The position numbers were made by a program, and so were the translations under genes. The notes under the pieces are model-generated. The model made no database searches, was not told where the DNA came from, and saw only the letters and a list, made by a program, of their open reading frames with translations. A stretch of 32,494 bases of DNA from Candidatus Krumholzibacteriota bacterium (GTDB taxonomy: Bacteria > Krumholzibacteriota > Krumholzibacteriia > LZORAL124-64-63), in assembly GCA_039714075.1 (NCBI GenBank), contig JBDLKA010000033.1:1-32494 (forward strand), given 5' to 3'. This document shows, in pieces, positions 16,357-25,929 of this stretch (its first letter is position 1; each line of letters opens with the position of its first letter).

Positions 16357-18285
16357 TTGGCTCACGGGGTTTTCCGGAGGACTGCCTTGCCTGATTCCCG
16401 CCGATTTCGCTGGCTCAAATCCCCCTTGTTCATCCTCCTGGGCATCCTGGCCATCCTGGTGGCGGTTTTCTGGTCGCAGATGATCAACTGGATGCTGCCC
16501 GCGGACAGCCGGCCCGCCTCCATCGCCTTTACCGAGGAAATCCTCACCCAGGAAGGTTTTGAGGCGGCGGCCGCGGCTCTCGAATCAACGCCGCGCGGCG
16601 CGGCCGGAGAGTTCGGGCACATCGACCGGTTTCGTGAGGCCGGCATCCTGGCCTACAAGGGCCCGGCCACGTGTCTGGGCTGCCACGAACAGATCACCTA
16701 CCAGGATGATGAGGGCAACGAAACATCCACGGACCTCATGACCAACCTCACCTCCTCGGCCCACTACCGCTTTTTCTCCAGGGAGCACCCGAACGTCTAC
16801 GGTTTCAACGGGGAACTCGCCGACGATTTTCCGATGGGCAAGCTGAACCGGCCGTGTCCCAAGCCCGGCTCTTTCGCCATGACCGCCTGGGCGGAGCTGG
16901 TCGTCACCCAGGCAGGCGACACCCTGAGCGAGGGTTGCGGACAGTGCCACATCGGCGGCCAGTACCAGGCGCCGCTGGGCGAAATGATGCCCCTGTACCG
17001 GACCGGCGGGGATGAAAAGGACGCGATCGACTGCCTGATCTGCCACGCGACGGCCTACGACATGAACCGCAAGCAGGTCGTGACCGACGCCAATGGCCGC
17101 CGGCGGTGGGACCAGGACCGTTCTTTGCTGGCGGCCCTGTCCGTCACCTCCCCCACGGCCGAGGCCTGTCTGCGCTGCCACCAGCATAATTTCGGCGGCG
17201 ACATCTACGTCGATCCGGCCGGGCCGGAGTTCATGGACAGCCTGCGGAACCTCGGCCGCGAACGGCCCCGGGTCCAGCACCCCGGCTCCAAGCGGGGCAC
17301 CCCCTACTCGCCGAGTTGGGATGTGCATGCCGCCGCGGGAATGTCCTGCATCGAATGCCACGCCACGCGCGGCCATTTCATGGCCAAGGGCACGCACACC
17401 ACCACCGTGATGGCCAACGATCTGCCCCAGGTCGAGGTCTCCTGCCTGGACTGCCATGACCAGCCCCACGACAACCGGAGCGAGGACGGCCGGATACTGA
17501 ACGACCACCTCGACCGGGTGGCCTGCCAGACCTGCCACATCCCTTCCCTGCATCCGGACAACGTCACCCGCCGCGACTTCGGCGATACGGAATTCGAAGA
17601 GGACCCCGGCATACACATCTACCACGACCGGGTGAAGAAAAACGCGCCCGGACACGGCATCGCCTACGTGTGGTGGAACGGGGACGCGACCTTCCTCGGC
17701 AACCCCATCGGCGACAATCCCAACGGGGCCGATCTGTACAGTTTCTACGACGCCCGGTGGCGCTGGTCCGAGTTTGCCGACTTCGACTACGAGGTCTGGT
17801 ACGAGGAGGTCATGCGGCCGATCGCCAAGGCCGGCCGCCCCTCGAAGATCTATCCCATGAAAAGGTTCAACGGCCGGCAGCATATCGATCTGCAGAACAT
17901 CGGGCCGTTCGGCGGCATGTTCGTGCCCTACAACCTGCCCTCGTACTACCGTTTCGGCCACCCCGGCCAGGCCGCCCGCGTGGAGATGGACAAGAGCATG
18001 ATGGGCATGATGTACGGCTGGCTGTTCAAGTTCTACATGATGGACAAGTTCATGTCGTTCATGGCCATCGACGGCTGGAACACCCATTCGTACGTCGATG
18101 TGAGGGCCGGAAAGAAAGTCGAACCGCGCTGGCTGCCCACCGACGCCATGCTCGAGATCAGCCACGCCATCCGCCGCCAAGGCGCCCTGACCTGCAACGA
18201 TTGCCACGGCGTAGGCGGTCTGATGGATTGGCCGGCCCTGGGCTACACTCCCGAGGAAATCGACAACCTCATCATTCCCCGCTGA
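16357..18285 (+). CDS. Membrane-anchored octaheme cytochrome c, OTR (octaheme tetrathionate reductase)-like family
   Basis: Eight CxxCH motifs (CLGCH, CGQCH, CLICH, CLRCH, CIECH, CLDCH, CQTCH, CNDCH). N-terminal TM anchor. MGKLNRPC before heme 2, WDVH, HLDRVACQTCHIP and ISH...ALTCNDCH fit the OTR layout. Start uncertain (TTG 16357 or slightly downstream). Confidence 0.8.
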   Translation: MAHGVFRRTALPDSRRFRWLKSPLFILLGILAILVAVFWSQMINWMLPADSRPASIAFTEEILTQEGFEAAAAALESTPRGAAGEFGHIDRFREAGILAYKGPATCLGCHEQITYQDDEGNETSTDLMTNLTSSAHYRFFSREHPNVYGFNGELADDFPMGKLNRPCPKPGSFAMTAWAELVVTQAGDTLSEGCGQCHIGGQYQAPLGEMMPLYRTGGDEKDAIDCLICHATAYDMNRKQVVTDANGRRRWDQDRSLLAALSVTSPTAEACLRCHQHNFGGDIYVDPAGPEFMDSLRNLGRERPRVQHPGSKRGTPYSPSWDVHAAAGMSCIECHATRGHFMAKGTHTTTVMANDLPQVEVSCLDCHDQPHDNRSEDGRILNDHLDRVACQTCHIPSLHPDNVTRRDFGDTEFEEDPGIHIYHDRVKKNAPGHGIAYVWWNGDATFLGNPIGDNPNGADLYSFYDARWRWSEFADFDYEVWYEEVMRPIAKAGRPSKIYPMKRFNGRQHIDLQNIGPFGGMFVPYNLPSYYRFGHPGQAARVEMDKSMMGMMYGWLFKFYMMDKFMSFMAIDGWNTHSYVDVRAGKKVEPRWLPTDAMLEISHAIRRQGALTCNDCHGVGGLMDWPALGYTPEEIDNLIIPR

Positions 18286-18401
18286 GCCGGGATATTTCCC
18301 CCGGGCCCGGTTTTTTCGGGCGAAAATTTCATCCGTTCGTAGTAATAATGGATATCCTGAATTTCGTCCCCGACCCACCTTCACGCTTCCGGGAGAGAGC
18401 C

Positions 18402-20513
18402 ATGACGTTCCAGGTGATGCACGCGCCCCAACTCCAATCCGGGTCCCCGGAGGCCAAGAGGGACGAAATTCGCCGCTATTTTCAGACGACGTGGGAATTG
18501 TACGAGGACCTGTTCTCGCTGATGGACGGCGACCGGGCCTACTTCACGCGGGCCGATCCGCTGCGGCATCCGCTCATTTTCTACCTCGGTCATACGGCGT
18601 CCTTTTTCATCAACAAGCTGGTGCTGGCCAAGTTCATCACCGAACGGGTCAACCCCCGGTTCGAGTCGATCTTCGCCATCGGCGTGGACGAGATGAGCTG
18701 GGACGACCTGGACGAAAAGAACTACGACTGGCCGACGGTCGCCGAAGTCTGGACCTACCGGAACCAGGTGCGCGCGGTGGTCGAAAAGGTGATCGACGAC
18801 CTGCCCCTGACGCTTCCGGTCACCTGGGACGACCCTTTCTGGGTCATCCTGATGGGCGTCGAACACGAGAGGATCCACCTGGAGACCAGTTCCGTCCTGA
18901 TCCGCCAGCTACCCCTGGATCTGGTGACACCCCGGGACGCCTGGCCCGTCTGCGACACTGCGGGACCCGCCCCCGCCAATGAACTGATGGACGTCGCGGG
19001 CGGAAAGGTCGTCCTGGGGAAGCCCCGGGACCATGGCCTTTACGGGTGGGACAACGAATACGGCAGGCTGGAATCCGAGGTGGCCCCCTTCCGGGCCTCC
19101 CGCTACCTGGTGAGCAACGGCGAGTTCAGGGAATTCATCGCGGCCGAGGGATACCGCACCGAACGCTGGTGGACCGCCGAAGGGTGGGAATGGCGCAACT
19201 ACCGCCAGGCTGAATACCCCGCCTTCTGGAGGCCCGACGAAAAGGGGGATTTCCGCCTGCGATGTCTGGCCGAGGAAATCCCCATGCCCTGGGACTGGCC
19301 CGTGGAGATCAACCAGCTCGAAGCCAAGGCCTTCTGCAACTGGAAGGCCGAACAGACCGGTCGCCCCGTCCGGCTGCCGACCGAAGAGGAATGGTATCGC
19401 CTGCTGGATGTGTCCGGGATCAGGGACCAGCCCGAGTGGGACGGCGCGCCCGGGAACATCAACCTGGTAAGCCAGGCCTCCTCGTGTCCGGTGACCGAGA
19501 ACGTCACCGCCGGTTTCGGCGATGTGGTGGGCAACGTCTGGCAATGGACCGAAACCCCGATCGCGGGCTTCCCCGGTTTCCGGGTGCACCCGCTGTACGA
19601 CGACTTCTCCACGCCCACCTTCGACACCCGGCACAACCTGATCAAGGGAGGGTCCTGGATCTCGACGGGCAACGAGGCCACGCTTCACGCGCGGTACGCC
19701 TTCCGGCGCCACTTCCTGCAGCATGCCGGCTTCCGGTACATCGAATCCGAAACCGAGGCCGAAATCCGGGAAGACATCTACGAATCGGACGCCCTGGTTT
19801 CCCAGTACTGCGAATTCCACTACGGGGCGGACTATTTCGGGGTACCCAACTTCATGGTCACCGCGGCGGAAATCTGCCGGGAACTCGTGGGCGACCGCCC
19901 CATCGCCCGCGCCCTGGACCTCGGGTGCGCGACCGGCCGGGCCACCTTCGAACTGGCCCGGTTCTGCGACCAGGTCACGGGCATCGATTTCTCCGCCCGT
20001 TTCATCCGGGTGGGACACGAACTTCAGCAGAAGGGGATCACCCGCTATTCCATCAGCGAAGAAGGCGATCTGGTTTCCTACCACGAAAAGACCCTGACGG
20101 AACTGGGGCTGGAGAAGACGAAGGAAAAGGTCGAATTCTGGCAGGGGGACGCTCATAACCTGAAGGAACAGTTCGCCGGCTATGATCTGGTCCTGGCCTG
20201 CAACCTCATCGATCGGCTGTACGACCCGGCCCGCTTCCTCGACCACATCGCCGGCCGCATCAACGCCGGCGGGCTTCTGGTCCTGCTGTCGCCGTACACC
20301 TGGCTCGAGGAATTCACCCCGAAGCAGAAGTGGCTGGGCGGATTGAAAATCGACGGGGAGAACGTGACAACCCTGGACGGATTGAGGGCCCGGCTCGAAC
20401 CGGGATTCAGGATGATCGGGGAACCGCGGGACGTGGAGTTCGTGATCAGGGAAACGGCGCGGAAATTCCAGCACACGGCCAGTCAATTGACCGTGTGGGA
20501 AAAAAATGGCTGA
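18402..20513 (+). CDS. ovoA: Ovothiol biosynthesis enzyme OvoA (5-histidylcysteine sulfoxide synthase plus C-terminal SAM methyltransferase)
   Basis: DinB-like RHPLIFYLGHT and iron motif HERIHLET. FGE-sulfatase domain (GNVWQW, HPLYDDFS, KGGSW, RRHFLQHAGFRY). MTase domain (LDLGCATGR, NLIDRLY, SPYTWLEEFT, RETARKFQH). Start at ATG 18402 behind GGGAGAG. Confidence 0.9.
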   Translation: MTFQVMHAPQLQSGSPEAKRDEIRRYFQTTWELYEDLFSLMDGDRAYFTRADPLRHPLIFYLGHTASFFINKLVLAKFITERVNPRFESIFAIGVDEMSWDDLDEKNYDWPTVAEVWTYRNQVRAVVEKVIDDLPLTLPVTWDDPFWVILMGVEHERIHLETSSVLIRQLPLDLVTPRDAWPVCDTAGPAPANELMDVAGGKVVLGKPRDHGLYGWDNEYGRLESEVAPFRASRYLVSNGEFREFIAAEGYRTERWWTAEGWEWRNYRQAEYPAFWRPDEKGDFRLRCLAEEIPMPWDWPVEINQLEAKAFCNWKAEQTGRPVRLPTEEEWYRLLDVSGIRDQPEWDGAPGNINLVSQASSCPVTENVTAGFGDVVGNVWQWTETPIAGFPGFRVHPLYDDFSTPTFDTRHNLIKGGSWISTGNEATLHARYAFRRHFLQHAGFRYIESETEAEIREDIYESDALVSQYCEFHYGADYFGVPNFMVTAAEICRELVGDRPIARALDLGCATGRATFELARFCDQVTGIDFSARFIRVGHELQQKGITRYSISEEGDLVSYHEKTLTELGLEKTKEKVEFWQGDAHNLKEQFAGYDLVLACNLIDRLYDPARFLDHIAGRINAGGLLVLLSPYTWLEEFTPKQKWLGGLKIDGENVTTLDGLRARLEPGFRMIGEPRDVEFVIRETARKFQHTASQLTVWEKNG

Positions 20514-20518
20514 GAGTC

Positions 20519-21052
20519 CTAGTTCTGGTTTCCCCGCTCCATGGCCGCCCGCCATTTTCCGAACCAGATATTGAGGATGTGATTGCGCGACAACCAGCGG
20601 ATGACCGGCGGACGCCGGGGATCCAGACGGCTGACTTCGCCTTCCATTTCCCGGTCACCGGTGGCCAGGTGGCGGGCCTTCTCCAGGTTGCGAAAGGCCG
20701 ATCCACGGCGGCTGCCCAGGAGATTGACCCGACCCAGGGCGTAATAGGCGATCGCATCGAAGGGGTTGTTGCGGATCACGTTCTTGGCCAGTTTTTCGGC
20801 CGAAACGAATTTCCTCTTCCCCGCCAGACAGACGGCGATATAGGCCTGGCATTCCCGGTGGTCCGGCACCCGTTCCAGGGCCTGCCTCAGATACAGTTCC
20901 GCATCCTTGTGGCGGTTTTCCTCGATCAGACGCTTGGCCCGGCGCACCATTTCGGCCGCGAATTCCATGTCCACTTCCCGTGTCGTGGAATAGGTCATCT
21001 CTTCGTGGATCTTCTGCCCCGGAGTCAGCAGGTTCTGTTTTAAATCGGACAT
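20519..21052 (-). CDS. Tetratricopeptide-repeat protein
   Basis: TPR-like helices (AELYLRQALERVPDH, NNPFDAIAYYALGRV) and a C-terminal RRPPVIRWLSRNHILN segment. Start at 21052 behind GGAG. Confidence 0.75.
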   Translation of the reverse strand: MSDLKQNLLTPGQKIHEEMTYSTTREVDMEFAAEMVRRAKRLIEENRHKDAELYLRQALERVPDHRECQAYIAVCLAGKRKFVSAEKLAKNVIRNNPFDAIAYYALGRVNLLGSRRGSAFRNLEKARHLATGDREMEGEVSRLDPRRPPVIRWLSRNHILNIWFGKWRAAMERGNQN

Positions 21053-21127
21053 GACATCTCCCATTATCGCGTAATCGGCCCATGCCCCGGCGGGAACCAG
21101 ACCCCGCTCGGATACCCTGGATTAATA

Positions 21128-21154
21128 TTATCGACCTCCGAAAACTATTTTTGA
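21128..21154 (-). promoter_or_regulatory. Sigma28-like promoter upstream of the TPR gene
   Basis: Minus strand TCAA-N15-GTCGATAA. Confidence 0.5.
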
Positions 21155-21246
21155 GGGTTTTCTGCTCCCCAAAGCCCTCCTGAATGGTTTGGGGGGATTC
21201 GGGAAAATGGTATCGGAAGTGAAAATCATCTAAGGTGTTTCCTGCA

Positions 21247-21307
21247 AAGGATTCATGTGATATCCTTAAAGTTCAAAAGGAAATCTGGAGGGTTTTTGGA
21301 TTTCCTT
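21247..21307. promoter_or_regulatory. Two imperfect inverted repeats upstream of the rpfF-like gene (candidate operators)
   Basis: AAGGATtcatgtgatATCCTT (21247-21267) and AAGGAAATC-N13-GATTTCCTT (21277-21307) in an AT-rich intergenic region. Confidence 0.4.
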
Positions 21308-21368
21308 AATCGCCTGAATCTGTGGCAGCTCCATAAAGACAACCTGATCAGCCGCCACAGGAGGAATA

Positions 21369-22271
21369 ATGAACGCAGATATCGCCCTGCCCCGTGAATG
21401 GGGTCCGTATGAACAGTTGTTCGTGCGGTATGATAAAAAACAAAAAGCCTTGTGGTACCATTTGGCACCAAGGTCGAGACCCTGTTTCAATCTTGACCTT
21501 TTGGGTGAATTGCGGGGATTCCAGCAGAAGATCAAGATGCTCAATCACGCCCATGACGCGGGTGTCGATTCGGTGCCGATCCGTTACACCATTCTCGCCA
21601 GCAGCGTGCCCGGGGTGTTCAACCTCGGCGGCGACCTGCAGCTCTTCTCCAAGTTGATCAGGGATGGCGACCGGGACGGATTGTTCAATTACGCGAAATC
21701 CTGTATCGATGTCCTGTACCCCAACGCCGTCAACTTCGACATGCCCCTGACCACCATCACCCTGGTTCAGGGCGACGCCCTGGGCGGCGGCTTCGAAGCC
21801 GCCATTTCCAGCAACGTGGTCATCGCCGAAAAGAGCGCGAAGTTCGGTCTGCCCGAGGTGCTGTTCAACCTGATTCCGGGTATGGGCGCCTACAGTTTCC
21901 TGGTGCGCCGCACCGGGCCCGACCTGGCGGAAAAAATCATCATGAGCGGCGAGCTGCTCACCGCCCAGAAAATGCTCAACCTCGGTCTGGTGGACGAGGT
22001 GGTCGAAGACGGGCAGGGTGAAGAGGCCGTCACCCGCTTCATCCAGCGCCATGGCAAACGCGGCAACGCCCATGCGGCCATGAGTCGGATCAAGAAATGC
22101 ATCAATCCGGTGACATATGAGGAACTCATCGATATCACGAAGATCTGGGTCGACGCCGCCCTGAAACTCACCAGCCGGGATCTGCGCATGATCGAACGCC
22201 TCGTCCAGGCGCAGAACCGCAGGGCCGGGGTCCAGAAAACGACGCCCAAGGCCCTTGAAGGGCTGGGCTAG
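21369..22271 (+). CDS. rpfF: RpfF-like enoyl-CoA hydratase/thioesterase (DSF fatty-acid signal synthase)
   Basis: RPCFN, LASSVPGVFNLGGDL, QGDALGGGFE and LPEVLFNLIPGMGAYSF, with both catalytic Glu retained, plus ITKIWVDAAL. Convergent with an RpfC-like kinase. AGGAGG RBS. Confidence 0.82.
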   Translation: MNADIALPREWGPYEQLFVRYDKKQKALWYHLAPRSRPCFNLDLLGELRGFQQKIKMLNHAHDAGVDSVPIRYTILASSVPGVFNLGGDLQLFSKLIRDGDRDGLFNYAKSCIDVLYPNAVNFDMPLTTITLVQGDALGGGFEAAISSNVVIAEKSAKFGLPEVLFNLIPGMGAYSFLVRRTGPDLAEKIIMSGELLTAQKMLNLGLVDEVVEDGQGEEAVTRFIQRHGKRGNAHAAMSRIKKCINPVTYEELIDITKIWVDAALKLTSRDLRMIERLVQAQNRRAGVQKTTPKALEGLG

Positions 22272-22292
22272 CAGGCTGACGGGGGTATGTGA

Positions 22293-23966
<1,674 letters not shown>

Positions 23967-24036
23967 GCGAGGTTCCTGCGAATTGACCATCATCCGCCAT
24001 TTCCGAAAACATTTTGGTTCGATGGACTCGTCCTGG

Positions 24037-24063
24037 TTATCGGCGTTAATGGAAGGTATTTAA
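24037..24063 (-). promoter_or_regulatory. Sigma28-type promoter upstream of the rpfC-like gene
   Basis: Minus strand (T)TAAA-N14-GCCGATAA with a perfect -10 octamer, just after the upstream terminator. Confidence 0.6.
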
Positions 24064-24092
24064 CAAAAAAATTCATCCGCCGGGCGGGAACG

Positions 24093-24125
24093 AAAAAATG
24101 CGGAGGAGCAGGGGCTCCTCCGCAT
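24093..24125 (-). terminator. Intrinsic terminator after the secreted Cys-rich protein gene
   Basis: Perfect 12-bp stem ATGCGGAGGAGC/GCTCCTCCGCAT with a 4-nt loop, followed on the minus strand by a T run. Confidence 0.85.
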
Positions 24126-24149
24126 GATCAGACGCAAGTCGGCAGGCGG

Positions 24150-24899
24150 CTACCGGAACATGGCCTTGATGCTTCCCCACGTGCTCTCGTCGGTGGCCAC
24201 GGGGTTGTTGCAGCAGATGATCTCGGCGGACAGGGCGATCTCGCCCGGGAAACCGAAGTCCAGCAGATCGTTCCAGCCGGATCCGTAGTCGTTCCAGCTG
24301 GTGCAGCCGACCGGGAATTCATCGGTAACCAGGTCCGGCTCCATGCCGCTGGTGAACGCGGTCATGAACTCGAAGGAGATGCCGTACCAGTAACCGAAAT
24401 GGGCGCAGGCGCAGGCGGCATCCATCGGCAGGGAAATGTTGTAGAGGCCGGGATTGTCGATGGTCACGGTGTAGGTCGAGGAAACACATACTTCCGGACC
24501 GGGATAATGACACTGCAGGGTCTCGTCCCAGATGGCCTCTTCGAAGTCGACACGGGCGTCGAAGGTGGAGGGAACGTCTTCGGGGCCGAACTGCAGCACG
24601 AGGTTGACCGATTCCACGGTGAACCCTTCGGCGCAGGCGGTGCACAGGCCCGGGTCGGCGTAGAACATGTACTTGTACTTCTCGGCGCCCCATACCCAAT
24701 CGGTAATCGCAAAGGCGAGGGGATTCAGGTTGCCCATCTGGCAGACCCCGTTGGCGCCGGTGGGCTGGATCACCGGATTGACGGTGACCGCGTCCCCGCT
24801 GACGGGAGTGACGACGGCCTGACGGTCGGCGGCAAAAGAAGGCCCGGTCAAAAGGGCCAGGCACAGAACGGACAGGACAAGCATTGACAATTTTTTCAT
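24150..24899 (-). CDS. Secreted Cys-rich hypothetical protein with C-terminal 'PVATDESTWGSIKAMFR' motif
   Basis: Sec signal peptide (MKKLS...SFA), 10 Cys in the mature part, acidic beta-rich body, and a GGAGG RBS. Confidence 0.8.
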   Translation of the reverse strand: MKKLSMLVLSVLCLALLTGPSFAADRQAVVTPVSGDAVTVNPVIQPTGANGVCQMGNLNPLAFAITDWVWGAEKYKYMFYADPGLCTACAEGFTVESVNLVLQFGPEDVPSTFDARVDFEEAIWDETLQCHYPGPEVCVSSTYTVTIDNPGLYNISLPMDAACACAHFGYWYGISFEFMTAFTSGMEPDLVTDEFPVGCTSWNDYGSGWNDLLDFGFPGEIALSAEIICCNNPVATDESTWGSIKAMFR

Positions 24900-25136
24900 G
24901 GTCCCCCTCCAACAAAAGAAGCCAGGTGGAATGACGATCGGGGATGTTGAACAAATTTCGGAAAACTTGACCAGATTCCGAATTTTTTGAGCACTTCCCC
25001 TAATTGTCCTGCCACCCTATCAAAAATTCCAGACTCCTTCAATCTCAAAAAGTCTTCAATGGTAAAATCCATCCCGCAAACCGGAGAATTGAGCTGTTGG
25101 CCCCTGGAATGATCATGAATGGCAGTCAAAGGGGAT

Positions 25137-25454
25137 TCAGTCCCAGATACCGAGCTCGGCCCGCACGTCTTCGGATGCGTCTTGGCGGGGATCCCAGGGG
25201 GGGCTCCAGACCATCTCCACCTGGCACCGTTTCACTCCGGACACGGATAAAGTCTTTAGCCGCACCGAGTTCATGATTTCCGGGCCCATGGGGCACATGG
25301 GGCTGGTCAAGGTCAGGCCGATGGTGGCTTCACCGGTTTCCTCTTCAAAAGCGACCCGGCGGACAAGGCCCAGATCCACGATGTTCAGGTTCAATTCGGG
25401 ATCGATGACCCGGCGCAGGGCTTCGGTGACCGCCATTTCCAGCTGGACGCTCAT
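25137..25454 (-). CDS. sufT: DUF59/SufT metal-sulfur cluster assembly factor
   Basis: DPELNLNIVDLGLV, TLTSPMCPMG and VWSPPW. Last gene of the suf run, with a GGAGG RBS. Confidence 0.88.
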   Translation of the reverse strand: MSVQLEMAVTEALRRVIDPELNLNIVDLGLVRRVAFEEETGEATIGLTLTSPMCPMGPEIMNSVRLKTLSVSGVKRCQVEMVWSPPWDPRQDASEDVRAELGIWD

Positions 25455-25455
25455 T

Positions 25456-25929
25456 TCATACCTCCGTGGTCGCTTCACCCACCGGCCGCCCTTCCCGGCG
25501 GGCCGTTACGGCCTCCAGCAGCGTGATCCAGGGCAACAGGGCGCACTTGACGCGCACCGGGAACTTGCGCACCCCGGTCAGGACCTCCAGGTCGCCGGGA
25601 TCGAGGTCGTCGGCCAGTTCGGCCTGGTCGTCGTGCATGATCCGGCGGAAGGCCTCGGCCAGGCGGCCGGCCTCCGCCTGCGTGCGGCCGACCAGCAACT
25701 CCCCCAGGATCGAACCGCTCGCCGTGGCGATGGCGCACCCTTCGGTCTTCACCGAAACGGCGCTGATGCGGTCTCCGTCAAAAGCCAGCTGCAGGGTCAC
25801 CTCGTCGCCGCAGGAAGGGTTCTTGCCGGCGGCCCGGGCATCGGCCCGGGACAGGGGCTCGCGGCAGCGCGGGCTGCGGTGGTGGTCCAGGATCACTTCC
25901 CGGTAAAGGTCGTCCATACCCGCGTTCAT
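25456..25929 (-). CDS. sufU: SufU (NifU-family) Fe-S assembly sulfur-transfer protein
   Basis: LYREVILDH, NPSCGD, GCAIATAS and RVKCALLPW: all Cys/Asp Zn ligands present, plus the SufU-type insertion. Confidence 0.92.
   Translation of the reverse strand: MNAGMDDLYREVILDHHRSPRCREPLSRADARAAGKNPSCGDEVTLQLAFDGDRISAVSVKTEGCAIATASGSILGELLVGRTQAEAGRLAEAFRRIMHDDQAELADDLDPGDLEVLTGVRKFPVRVKCALLPWITLLEAVTARREGRPVGEATTEV

Noticed and set aside
18283..18320. TGA plus GC hairpin after the cytochrome as a selenocysteine recoding signal
   Set aside because: The protein is already complete after heme 8. The hairpin followed by a T run is better read as a weak terminator.
17670..18401. N-terminal 244 aa of the 947-aa ORF, suggesting an OvoA fusion
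   Set aside because: This is an off-frame read through the cytochrome gene. OvoA-like sequence and an RBS begin at 18402.
18402..20513. Selenium variant (SenA/OvsA) or EgtB
   Set aside because: It has the OvoA C-terminal methyltransferase and the HPLYDDF Tyr, and no selD/senB or egtD lies in the window.
25000..25016. Sigma54 promoter (TGGCAG-N5-TTAG on the minus strand)
   Set aside because: The invariant -12 GC is missing.
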